A stretch of 64,000 bases of DNA from an uncultured Trueperaceae bacterium (GTDB lineage Bacteria > Deinococcota > Deinococci > Deinococcales > Trueperaceae). The notes below the pieces were generated by a model. That model worked only from the letters and a program-made list of their open reading frames with translations. It did not search any database and had not been told where the DNA came from. How positions within the stretch are numbered: the stretch's first letter is position 1; every line of letters starts with the position of its first letter. Location: contig CAWCXJ010000004.1 of the NCBI GenBank assembly GCA_963799485.1, positions 32,001-96,000 on the forward strand. Direction: 5' to 3'. A program made the position numbers and the translations under genes. Shown piece after piece: positions 19,694 to 28,812 of the stretch.

Positions 19694-19978
19694 CTAGCCG
19701 ACGGTAACTTTGCTCTTGTCGAACGCCAGGTGTCCGGCAATCTCTTTGGCCGCCTCTTTCGGTTCCGGATACGACCAGGCGGCGTCGTGAACTTCCTCGC
19801 TACCAACCGTCAGGTTGTAGTACGCCGCCTTGCCTTTCCACGGACAGGTGTAGGGCGTGGGGCTGTCTGAAAACAAGTCCATCCGGACGCTCTCACGCGG
19901 GAAGTAGTGGTTTCCCTCGACGACGATGGTCTGGTCGCTGTCGGCTAGCACGGTTCCTTGATATTCGGCTTTAGGCAT
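19694..19978 (-). CDS. DUF427 family protein
   Basis: VEGNHYFP, CPWKGKAAYY, AAWSYPEPK. Confidence 0.9.
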   Translation of the reverse strand: MPKAEYQGTVLADSDQTIVVEGNHYFPRESVRMDLFSDSPTPYTCPWKGKAAYYNLTVGSEEVHDAAWSYPEPKEAAKEIAGHLAFDKSKVTVG

Positions 19979-20034
19979 TTTTTCCTCCTGCCTGCAAGGC
20001 TACTATGCCCGCGAACTTGTTACCGCAGGGTTTC

Positions 20035-22164
20035 TTACGCTTTGCGGTCGGTTTTCCGGGGCGCACCGCGGCGAAGCTCGAGCCCCCGCTGCTCAGTCCG
20101 GTAGGACGTTCCCTCGATAATCACGGCGACGGTGTTAAGGATATAGATTCCGACAAGAACGAGGTAGAGCGTCAGAGGTGAGGTGGGCTCGCGGCCGAAC
20201 AGCGACAAGGCTGCTGCACCCAAAATGGCCCACGGCACGAGCAGAAAAATCCCCCACATCTCGTCGGCGAGGCCTGTTCCGGGGAAGAGGAGCGCTGACA
20301 GCTGATAAACCCGGCTGCGCGGCGCATCATAGGCGCTACGCGGGCGCGGGACGAACAAAAAGGTGAGGTGAACGAGTGCGACGAGCAAAAATGCGAGTTG
20401 CAAAATGCGCCAGAGGACGAGGCTGAAACCGTAGGGCGGGGCGCTCAGGGCGCGTTGCGGATTGGTAAAAATGTCTGTCAGCGCCGTTTGCCAGCTTCCC
20501 GAAGCGACGCTAAAGTCGTTTGGTGTCGGCAGGGCGAGAGCGGGGCGTGCGGGTCTGTACTCTGCCTGAAAGGGGAGCAGCGCCCGGTCGCCGGTGTTGT
20601 AGCGAGCGGCGGGCAAATTGGGTAGGAGCGCCAGCGCACGCCTGTAAAACGCTTTGTTTTCGGTTAAAACGCCCAGATTGTTAAGTGCGGGTGCGTAATT
20701 CCCGGCACCGCGTAAAAGGGCTTCGGCTTGGGCGTCTCCCAAAATCTGCTGCGCCGTACCCCGGATAAAAGCCGCACGTGGGCCGCTGAGGTCTGTAGTT
20801 GATTCATCCAGATAGGCTTGCGCGGCCCGGTTTGCGAGGGTGCCGGAGCCGATAACCCGCGTGGGTAGTTCGCCGCGTTCGGCCCAGCTGCCGAGCACCG
20901 CCGCGCCGAGAGTCAGCGCCAGCAACAGGAGCAGTACGAGCTTTTCACTCAGCGTGTCGTAATGCAGGGCAAACCAGGGCAAGCGACCGCCGTTACGGTC
21001 GCTGCTATGGTCACTGCGGCGGGCGCGGGCGTATTTGGCGAGCAGCGTCAGGTGCAGCGCAAAAAAGGCGATGAGCAGGGCAGGGACGAGCTTCCAGCCG
21101 GCGCGGGCCAGCGTTAAGCCGAGGCGCTCCAGTACATTTTCGCCGGAGCCTGGCTCGCGGGCGGCGCGGTTTTCCCAGAGCGCGGCCTCATCCGGTGGGC
21201 CGACGCGCCGGAGGAGCGCAGCGTAGCCTCCAAACGCCTCGGTTGCCCCCGGTACGCGCGGGGCAGCGAGCCATAACCGCTCGGCCCAAAATCCGGCGCT
21301 GAGGTCGTCGTTTTTCGCCAGTGCGTTTTGCAGCGGCGCGAGCGGAAAGTTGTAAGCAGCTGCCAGCACCCCATCGGTCAGCAACCTCGGGTCGTACCCT
21401 CTTGCCGCAAAGTCTCCGAGCGCTTTACCGAACGCGTCCTCGGCGAGTGCCCGCTCTTCCTGAGCTGCCAAGACGGTCGCAAGTCCGGCGAGGTCGTAAA
21501 AGGTCGTGGCTACCTGGACGGCTTTTGTAAAGGCCGCCCGCGCGGTTTCCGGGTTGCGTTGGTTGAGTCCTTGCCGCAGGTAAAGCCACGGGTTCGTCGG
21601 GTCTCGGCGTAGCCGCGCGGCTACGTCCGGGACGTTCGCCTCGGCGCGGAGGTAACCGAATGTTTTGGGGTCGATACCAAACCTGACCGGCTCCTGCAGC
21701 GCGCCGCCCCGCAGGGTAAAACGCTCTAAAAGTGTGTCCGAATGCCGTACGATAATTCCTGTAGTCTCGTCGTCAACACGTTCTAGACGGGCAACCGGCC
21801 CGGAGACGGTAAAGCGTTCCAGAATCGTTCCGGTTTGCGGCTCCAGCTCAAGCACACTGTTCCCGTGCCCGAGATAAAGTTGCGGTTCGGCTCCCGCCGT
21901 CTGCTGAAGGAAAGATTGTGACGTGGAACCGCTCCCTTCGGGAAACGTCAGTGTCCAGAGCTGCTCGTCGCCTTGGGTCGCGCTGACGCCGTTGACCGTG
22001 CGCGCCACCTGGAGCGTAGCTGTTGCGGACGGTTCTGCTGCCGGCGTCATAGTTCTGAGTTGTACGCTCTGTGCGTGTGTGTAGCCGAGGAGCACACAGC
22101 AGGTCATTACCAAGCTCGCGGATCGTCGCCACAGTAACGAGGTCGGCTGGAAGATGAGCTGCAT
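20035..22164 (-). CDS. Large hypothetical membrane protein with TPR-like helices
   Basis: 709-aa ORF, signal peptide, several TM segments, ALNNLGV / ARYN TPR-like motifs; TATAAT 6 nt before ATG. Confidence 0.7.
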   Translation of the reverse strand: MQLIFQPTSLLWRRSASLVMTCCVLLGYTHAQSVQLRTMTPAAEPSATATLQVARTVNGVSATQGDEQLWTLTFPEGSGSTSQSFLQQTAGAEPQLYLGHGNSVLELEPQTGTILERFTVSGPVARLERVDDETTGIIVRHSDTLLERFTLRGGALQEPVRFGIDPKTFGYLRAEANVPDVAARLRRDPTNPWLYLRQGLNQRNPETARAAFTKAVQVATTFYDLAGLATVLAAQEERALAEDAFGKALGDFAARGYDPRLLTDGVLAAAYNFPLAPLQNALAKNDDLSAGFWAERLWLAAPRVPGATEAFGGYAALLRRVGPPDEAALWENRAAREPGSGENVLERLGLTLARAGWKLVPALLIAFFALHLTLLAKYARARRSDHSSDRNGGRLPWFALHYDTLSEKLVLLLLLALTLGAAVLGSWAERGELPTRVIGSGTLANRAAQAYLDESTTDLSGPRAAFIRGTAQQILGDAQAEALLRGAGNYAPALNNLGVLTENKAFYRRALALLPNLPAARYNTGDRALLPFQAEYRPARPALALPTPNDFSVASGSWQTALTDIFTNPQRALSAPPYGFSLVLWRILQLAFLLVALVHLTFLFVPRPRSAYDAPRSRVYQLSALLFPGTGLADEMWGIFLLVPWAILGAAALSLFGREPTSPLTLYLVLVGIYILNTVAVIIEGTSYRTEQRGLELRRGAPRKTDRKA

Positions 22165-22367
22165 AGCTGTATTATATGCATCCGATTACGTGCACCCGTT
22201 TTAGAGCTTGAACTTCAGGGTGAGGGGTAGGTAGAGCTTTTCGGCCTCGAGCCCCGTCCAGCCAATAAAAGGGTGGCGTAAGGTTGTAGTATTTTCCACG
22301 CACCACGCGCGCAAAAGTAAAAAAGCGTGCCCTTCCCGGGGGCTATGTTCCCGTTATACTAGGTTTT

Positions 22368-23063
22368 GTGGAGATTATTCCCTGGGCCGCTCTCGCCGCA
22401 CCCTTTTCGGCTGCGGACTTATGCTGGCGCGTCGTCAAGCTTTCGCCCGATCGCCTGAGCGCGCAGGTGCGCCCGCAACTCCGGGCAGAGGCGGTCAATG
22501 CCCGGTTTAACGCGGTTCTTGGCGTCGGCGGCTGGTCGCAGAGTTTCGCCGCGCTCGGTGAACGCGGGCTGGTTTGCACGCTCGGCATTGCGAGCGTTTC
22601 CAAAGCTGCGGTCGCACCCTACACCGCCGAAACCGACCTGAACGGCACCGCTGAAGACGCCCTTGCCGCTGCTGCCATGCTCTTCGGCCTGCGTCCGGCA
22701 GTTGTACTAGACGAGCTGCCGTGGGTCGACTACGACCCCGAGCAGCAGCAGCCCCTTTACGAACCCAATCTAGCTGGTGCAGAAGAGGTCGATGCGGCTT
22801 CGGTTACAACCCGGCCCGAACCGGCGCAACCCACGGCCCAGCCAGCCTCCCCAGCGGAAGCCCAGCCCGCCGCTCAACCTGCCGCCAAATCTGCTGGTCA
22901 GCAAGCCATCGACAAGCTCGTCGACCGCCTCAAAGCTGACGGCAAGGGGCTCGGTGCGGCAAAGCTGCTTAACGCCTACGGAGGCTACGGGAGTGACCCG
23001 AACGCGGCCAGAGAACTCTACGCCAAACTCAGAGAATTGCTGCGCGAGGGTTCTGCACCGTGA
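22368..23063 (+). CDS. Rad52/Rad22-family ssDNA-binding protein (DdrA paralog)
   Basis: LAAPF....WRV...V..R...VLG..GWS pattern as in DdrA; P/A/Q-rich linker; helical C-terminal domain. Confidence 0.7.
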   Translation: MEIIPWAALAAPFSAADLCWRVVKLSPDRLSAQVRPQLRAEAVNARFNAVLGVGGWSQSFAALGERGLVCTLGIASVSKAAVAPYTAETDLNGTAEDALAAAAMLFGLRPAVVLDELPWVDYDPEQQQPLYEPNLAGAEEVDAASVTTRPEPAQPTAQPASPAEAQPAAQPAAKSAGQQAIDKLVDRLKADGKGLGAAKLLNAYGGYGSDPNAARELYAKLRELLREGSAP

Positions 23064-23136
23064 GACGTCCCATGAAAGAAGTACTGTGAGAAAAGTACCG
23101 AGGAAAGTACTGTGAGCGAAACCCTGTGAGAGCAGG

Positions 23137-23916
23137 ATGACGGGCGCACACGACGCCGCACCGGGAACACACAGGATTCTCGCGCTCGGCGATGTTCACG
23201 GGCAGTGGGCCGAGCTGTGGGGTGCGCTTCGGGCAGCAGGTATGGCAAGCGACGTAGGCGAACCGACTGTGCCGGTTTTGGAAAACGCTGCCGAAATCAT
23301 CTTGATCGGCGACCTGGTGCATTACAAAGACGCGGCAAGTTACGCTTACGCGGTCGGTGAAGAAGTTTTCGACGCGGGCAACCCGAAGCAGCTGCGGCGG
23401 GCAGCCAAGGCGCAAATCCGCGAACTCTACCGTTTTAAGGATTACATGGAACGCGCCGGGGGTTGCGTCAGCGTGATTTTGGGCAACCACGATGAGGCGG
23501 CCCTGACGCACGAATATACCCTGGCACTGCGCGGCGGCTTGGAGCATAACGAATTCGACCCTGCCAAGGGCGGGTTGCCCCTCCCCGACGATTTAAGGGC
23601 GTGGATGGCAAGTTTTCCCCGTCAGAAAATCCTCGGCAATATTCAGTTTGCCCACGCCGGGCCGCTACCGGGGATGCAGTACTACGACGACTTCTTTTAT
23701 CATGACCCCGATACCAAGGGGTGGTGGCGTGACAAACCCGAGCTGGCGCAACAGTCGGGTTACCGTTTCGGGGTTTACGGGCACACGGTTATGTCTGAAG
23801 GCATTTTGCTCGATAAAGCGAACATGTTTGCGATGGTCGACGCGCTCGCCAAACGGCAATACCTCGAGCTCCAGCTCCAGGGCGGCGACCTCTACGCTGA
23901 AATTAAGACCTTCTAG
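23137..23916 (+). CDS. Calcineurin-like metallophosphoesterase
   Basis: GDVHG, GDLVH, GNHD, HAG and GHT motifs. Confidence 0.88.
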   Translation: MTGAHDAAPGTHRILALGDVHGQWAELWGALRAAGMASDVGEPTVPVLENAAEIILIGDLVHYKDAASYAYAVGEEVFDAGNPKQLRRAAKAQIRELYRFKDYMERAGGCVSVILGNHDEAALTHEYTLALRGGLEHNEFDPAKGGLPLPDDLRAWMASFPRQKILGNIQFAHAGPLPGMQYYDDFFYHDPDTKGWWRDKPELAQQSGYRFGVYGHTVMSEGILLDKANMFAMVDALAKRQYLELQLQGGDLYAEIKTF

Positions 23917-23917
23917 C

Positions 23918-24454
23918 GTGCCGGGCAGGGTTTCGGCAGTTAGTCTCAGCGCAGCCCACACATTTAGTAAAGCACCGGCATCGGTTATTAAACTCGTCGC
24001 CGGACTCGGCGTCTCCGGCGACGCACACGCAGGTCAGGTGGTACAACACCGTTCGCGTGTTCGCGCCGATCCTACTCAGCCCAATTTACGGCAAGTTCAT
24101 CTAATCCACGAAGAGCTTTTTGCGATGTTGGCGTACAAAGGCTCTGCCGTAAAGCCTGGAGAACTCGGCGAAAACATCACCACAAAAAGGCTTTATCTGC
24201 CAGCGCTGCCGACTGGGACGCGGTTACATATCGGTGAGGCGGTTCTCGAGGTTACCGGCCTCCGAAACCCGTGCGCGCAGATAGACGGGTTTCAAAAGGG
24301 ATTACTGGGAGCTGTTTTAGCTTGCAACGCCGAAGGTAAGTTCCGCAAAGCCGGAATTATGAGCGTCGTGCTGGCGGGTGGCGAAGTAAGCCCGGGGGAC
24401 GACATCGGGCTCGAGCTGCCGCCGGAACCGTGGGCAAAGCTGAAGCGGGTTTAG
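23918..24454 (+). CDS. MOSC domain protein
   Basis: GDAHAG, NLRQVHLI, GENITT, TGLRNPC; start reassigned to GTG 23918. Confidence 0.88.
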   Translation: MPGRVSAVSLSAAHTFSKAPASVIKLVAGLGVSGDAHAGQVVQHRSRVRADPTQPNLRQVHLIHEELFAMLAYKGSAVKPGELGENITTKRLYLPALPTGTRLHIGEAVLEVTGLRNPCAQIDGFQKGLLGAVLACNAEGKFRKAGIMSVVLAGGEVSPGDDIGLELPPEPWAKLKRV

Positions 24455-24864
24455 CTCGCGGTTTTGAGCGTGCGTACACCGCGTAGAGGCCACTGCAGGG
24501 GTTGCTGCCCGGATTCTTGTACGTAGTAAAATAGTGCGGACTTCGCTTAATTCGTTCATACGAACAAACAAGCCGAGGCTAGCGAACGGGAATGATACGG
24601 AGGTTCTTAATACCGTAAACGAACCTTGGGGTCTCCACGCCTTGACCAACCGGTTTGTATCCGAAGATAGGCTTTTACGAGTAATTCGTACCGGACTATA
24701 AAACTCTGTTTGTCGCCTGTGTATTTTGTGTCGTATACTGGCCCCAGTGCCTACGCGAAGGATGAAGTTTCCTTTACATAACCCTGGTTTAGTGCCGGGG
24801 TTTCGCCTGCTAGGATGCGCCCTATGATGTGCGTTTCCCCTCTTTTCAGATTCTCAGGTGCTAG

Positions 24865-25224
24865 ATGAACGCACTGCTCTTGTGGTTTATGCTCGTCCAA
24901 ACACTGACCGGTGGACACGAGATGGTTCCCGGTACCGTCGTAACCCTGGCTGCGCCCGACCTCGTTCCGGTCTACAGCTCAGCAGTCCTGAAGCAGCAGA
25001 AACTCGTTTTTAACGTAACGCTCGAGCCTGAAACCGAGGTTCGAGTGCTGATTATTCCGCCGGGTGGCGAGGCAGCCGCGAGCGAAGCCCCCTACGGTCG
25101 TATCGGGCCTACCGGCGACGATATTTTTGTGCAGTTCAGTGGCGCAGCCAAGGCGGTTTCGTTACGCAAGTGGTTAGCCGAAGAATACGACGTCGAGCTT
25201 ATGTTCAAGCCTTCCGGAAACTGA
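24865..25224 (+). CDS. Hypothetical exported protein
   Basis: 119-aa ORF with hydrophobic N-terminus, 7 nt before the response regulator. Confidence 0.6.
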   Translation: MNALLLWFMLVQTLTGGHEMVPGTVVTLAAPDLVPVYSSAVLKQQKLVFNVTLEPETEVRVLIIPPGGEAAASEAPYGRIGPTGDDIFVQFSGAAKAVSLRKWLAEEYDVELMFKPSGN

Positions 25225-25231
25225 GGGAACT

Positions 25232-25960
25232 GTGCCTGTAGACGATCCTAAAGACAATCCCGAAAACACCCCGCGAGCGGCCCCGAACGCGCTCCTTGAA
25301 AAACACATCTTGATCGTCGAAGACGACGTAGATATCAGCCGCTTGTTAAGTCTCGAGCTTTCCGAAGCAGGGTTCAAGGTGACGGCGTGCGACACCGGGA
25401 TGCGCGGCCTCGCGGCAGCTAGAGAAGAGGAGCCCGACCTTATCGTCCTCGACCTGGGCCTCCCCGACATCAGCGGAGCCGAAATCGCCCGGCGGGTGCG
25501 TAAAACCAGCACCACACCCATCGTGATTCTGACCGCCGCCGACGACGTAACGACCAAGGTCGATATGCTCAACGCCGGGGCCGACGATTACCTTGCCAAA
25601 CCCTTTCACGCCGAAGAACTACTCGCGCGTATTCGCGTTCAGCTTCGGCACCAAAACGCCGGTTCCGCGCAGACCGTCGGCGATTTGCTCCTCGATACGC
25701 ACCGCCGTCAGCTCTACTGGGAAAAACAAGAAGTCCGTCTCTCACCCCGTGAATTCGACCTTATCGTCTATCTTTGTGGCGCACCCGGACGCGTTTACAC
25801 TCGCCTGGAAATCGAGCAAAACGTTTGGGGTGAAGAGCTGCCGCCGTCGTCGAACGTCGTCGACGTACATATCGCCAACATCCGCGCGAAACTCCGTGAA
25901 GTCGGGGGTTACGGCCTGATTCGCACCGTGCGCGGTATCGGTTACGCGATTAAAAGCTAG
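25232..25960 (+). CDS. OmpR-family response regulator
   Basis: IVEDD, LDLGLPD, GADDYLAKPF, NVVDVHI, IRTVRGIGY. Confidence 0.95.
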   Translation: MPVDDPKDNPENTPRAAPNALLEKHILIVEDDVDISRLLSLELSEAGFKVTACDTGMRGLAAAREEEPDLIVLDLGLPDISGAEIARRVRKTSTTPIVILTAADDVTTKVDMLNAGADDYLAKPFHAEELLARIRVQLRHQNAGSAQTVGDLLLDTHRRQLYWEKQEVRLSPREFDLIVYLCGAPGRVYTRLEIEQNVWGEELPPSSNVVDVHIANIRAKLREVGGYGLIRTVRGIGYAIKS

Positions 25961-26203
25961 TTGGGCTGACGCGCTGAACGCAAAAAGCAAGCACTAGGAA
26001 CCAAGCGTTGAAGTGTTGATCCGCTTAAAGTTTGCTTAGGCGTTCATCAGCTAGACATCGAGGTCGTTTTGGTGAGCCGTAGTCGCAACCTGTTCGGGTA
26101 TTTACAATGACTATCGACACAATATTTATTCGCAATTTATTCGCAGCCTTACCAACGAGCATGACAGCGTCGGTAAGTTCTCATTAAGCTCGGCTTAAGT
26201 CTC

Positions 26204-27616
26204 ATGTGGCAAGCTCATTTTATGGTTAAACGGCGCGGTATCGCGCTCCGGTGGCGGATTGCAATCTTTAGCAGTCTGGCGATCGCGTTTCTCAGTTTGT
26301 TGGCGTCGGTAGCAGCTTACGCGGTGGTGCGCTCGAGCCTCGTCGGGGATTTGCAGCGCGCGCTTAAAGCCGATGTTGCGCGGGTTGCCGCTGCTTACAC
26401 GACCTCTCAAGAAGAGGTAGCCTCGAGCGCGACACCTGCACGAGTAGGCTCACCAGCTACCGGTTCACCAGCCCAGCTTGGTGCCAGCGATCTGCAGAGC
26501 GTGGCGACGGGTGGTGTAATTATTCAGCTTTATACGAGTACAGGCGAGCGCTTGGCTGCCTCGAACGACGCGACCGCACCCCGCTCCCCGTCGCTGCCTG
26601 TCGCAGTTGTAACGGCGGCCCTGACAGAGCCGCAGACGTGGCGGGGCGAACTCGCAGGTAGTCCGGTGCAGGCGGCGCTAGCACCTGCAAGTCTTGGGGT
26701 CGTCGCCGTGCTCGCCCCGGCAGGCTACATCGGGGCGGCGCTCGGGCAGCTTGCCAGAGTTCTGGCACTCGCTGCGCTTGTCCTGGTGGTTCTAAGTATC
26801 GTACTCGGTTACCTCGTCGCAGCGGCGGCGGCGCGCCCGGTGACGCAGCTCGCCAACGCTGCCGCGCAGCTCGACCCGGGCCAGCTGACGCCGATCAGCT
26901 ACTACGGCCCCGACGATGAGGTCGGCAAGCTGAGCGCTGTTCTCAACGACCTCATCGAACGTCTCAAGCTCTCCGTCGAGGCGCAGCGTACTTTCTTAGC
27001 TGAAACCAGCCACGAACTCCGTACGCCGCTTACGAGCTTGCAAGGGTTTCTAGACCGTTCGGTACGGCGCTCGCCGCCTTCGATGCGGGGGGAACTCGAG
27101 GACGCCCAGCGCATCGCCCGTTCGATGTCACGGCTCGTTTCCGACCTTTTACAACTTACGCGGGGTCAACTCGTGCGTGAATACACGCCGCACCTCTTAG
27201 ACCCTATGACTGACATTCTCAGACCCGTCGCGGAGGAGTTTCCGGGGGTGAGGCTCGAGGCCAAGCCCGGTCAACTCCTGCTCGGCGATCCCGACCGGCT
27301 TAAACAGCTCGTCCGCAATTTGACCGCAAACGCCGTGCGTGCGGCAGACAACCCGCGTAAAGTTACGCTGGGTCTCGTGACAACCGGTGCCCACGTCGTT
27401 CTGTTGGTACGTGACCGTGGCCCCGGTATCCCCGAGGAGCTTTTGCCGCATATTTTCGAAAAGTTTCATAAAGGGGTCGGCGGCGGTGCGGGCCTCGGTC
27501 TAGCGATTGCCAAACAGATTGCCGACGCGCATAGCGGCACGCTCACAGTCGAAAGCTTTAAGGGGCGCGGGACGACCTTCCGCGTTACTTTGCCCGCCGT
27601 TGAAGAGGACGACTAG
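26204..27616 (+). CDS. HAMP-domain sensor histidine kinase (start may be ATG 26222)
   Basis: Two TM segments, HAMP, SHELRTPLT, DRGPGIP, GAGLGLAIAK. Confidence 0.92.
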   Translation: MWQAHFMVKRRGIALRWRIAIFSSLAIAFLSLLASVAAYAVVRSSLVGDLQRALKADVARVAAAYTTSQEEVASSATPARVGSPATGSPAQLGASDLQSVATGGVIIQLYTSTGERLAASNDATAPRSPSLPVAVVTAALTEPQTWRGELAGSPVQAALAPASLGVVAVLAPAGYIGAALGQLARVLALAALVLVVLSIVLGYLVAAAAARPVTQLANAAAQLDPGQLTPISYYGPDDEVGKLSAVLNDLIERLKLSVEAQRTFLAETSHELRTPLTSLQGFLDRSVRRSPPSMRGELEDAQRIARSMSRLVSDLLQLTRGQLVREYTPHLLDPMTDILRPVAEEFPGVRLEAKPGQLLLGDPDRLKQLVRNLTANAVRAADNPRKVTLGLVTTGAHVVLLVRDRGPGIPEELLPHIFEKFHKGVGGGAGLGLAIAKQIADAHSGTLTVESFKGRGTTFRVTLPAVEEDD

Positions 27617-27629
27617 CTCAGCCTACGCA

Positions 27630-28178
27630 TTAGAGTTTAGGCAACGTTACGCCGCGCTGTCCCTGATACTTGCCGTTACGTGACCTGTAGCTGACTTCAG
27701 GTTTGTCGCCCTGAAAAAAGAGCAGTTGTACGATGCCTTCGTCCGCGTAAACTTTGGCAGGGAGCGGGGTCGTGTTCGACAGCTCGAGCGTTACGTGTCC
27801 CTCCCAACCGGGCTCTAAGGGGGTCACGTTCGCAACGATGCCGCAGCGTGCATAACTCGACTTGCCGAGTGCCACGACCATCACGTCTTCGGGTACGCGC
27901 AGATACTCGACCGAGCGCGTCAGCACAAACGAGTTGGGCGGGATGATGCAGGTTTCTCCCTCCGCCTCGACGAGCCCGCGCAGATCGAAGTTTTTGGGGT
28001 CGACCACGGTGTTGAAAACATTGACGAAGATGCGCCATTCAGGGGCGGCGCGCAGGTCGTAACCAAACGACGACAGCCCGTATGAGATGACGCCTTGCCG
28101 CACCAGACGATCCTCAAAAGGCTCGATCATGCCTTTGTGCGCTTCTTGCCGAATCCACCAGTCGGGTTTGATACTCAT
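27630..28178 (-). CDS. dcd: dCTP deaminase
   Basis: [37 protein letters not shown]. Confidence 0.96.
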   Translation of the reverse strand: MSIKPDWWIRQEAHKGMIEPFEDRLVRQGVISYGLSSFGYDLRAAPEWRIFVNVFNTVVDPKNFDLRGLVEAEGETCIIPPNSFVLTRSVEYLRVPEDVMVVALGKSSYARCGIVANVTPLEPGWEGHVTLELSNTTPLPAKVYADEGIVQLLFFQGDKPEVSYRSRNGKYQGQRGVTLPKL

Positions 28179-28210
28179 GCGCTGAAGTTTACCCCGGATT
28201 TGGCGACGCG

Positions 28211-28765
28211 CTAAGGTGCCGTAAAAGAAACACCCAGTGAAACATCAAAAGCTTGACCGAGTTCGGGAAAAAACAGCGGGCGGTGGGTGTAGACGAGAAT
28301 CAAGGACGTTTCGGCTGAGAGCTGATAACTGAGCGCGGCGCTGAGCGCAACGCCGAACGACCCCGCCACGTAGCTGAGGCCCGTCCCGGCGTAGCTGCGA
28401 AAACCGAACACGTCGTCAGCGCCGGGTAAAAAGCTGTACCAGCCACCCATATCGAGCGTCAGGTCGCCGTCGAAAGCAAAAACCGCGTAAAAGGCGGCGG
28501 TCTCGGTCAGCGGCTGAATCCCGCGAAAGCCGATACGCAGGTGCGGCAAAAGTCCTTCGGCGCTGGGTCTGTAACCGAGACCCGACTCGAGCCACAAGCT
28601 AGGGGGCATCGGCTCCGGTTCGGGTGAGGACGTTTGCTGTGCTGATGTTGGACTCTGTGACGATGTTTGACTCGCCGCCGTTTGTGCCGATTCTTGCGCG
28701 TGTGCTGTCCCTGTCAGGTTTCCGGCAAGGCTGAGGCAAATGAAGACAAAGAGGGTAGCGCGCAT
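28211..28765 (-). CDS. Hypothetical exported protein, possible small beta-barrel
   Basis: Signal peptide, S/Q/P linker, alternating beta-strand pattern ending near a Phe. Confidence 0.6.
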   Translation of the reverse strand: MRATLFVFICLSLAGNLTGTAHAQESAQTAASQTSSQSPTSAQQTSSPEPEPMPPSLWLESGLGYRPSAEGLLPHLRIGFRGIQPLTETAAFYAVFAFDGDLTLDMGGWYSFLPGADDVFGFRSYAGTGLSYVAGSFGVALSAALSYQLSAETSLILVYTHRPLFFPELGQAFDVSLGVSFTAP

Positions 28766-28812
28766 AAAGGCAGTCTACCGCAGAGACATCACTGCGGCGT
28801 TATAGTCGGGTT

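Noticed and set aside
22340..22367. RDRM (DdrO) box before the ddrA-like gene
   Set aside because: CTATGTTCCCGTTATAC matches only the left half and is not palindromic.
23648..23917. Long N-terminal extension of the MOSC ORF
   Set aside because: It overlaps the phosphoesterase out of frame; the MOSC domain begins at GTG 23918.
24455..24810. Possible sRNA in the MOSC to two-component spacer
   Set aside because: Only short weak inverted repeats, with no clear promoter-terminator pair.
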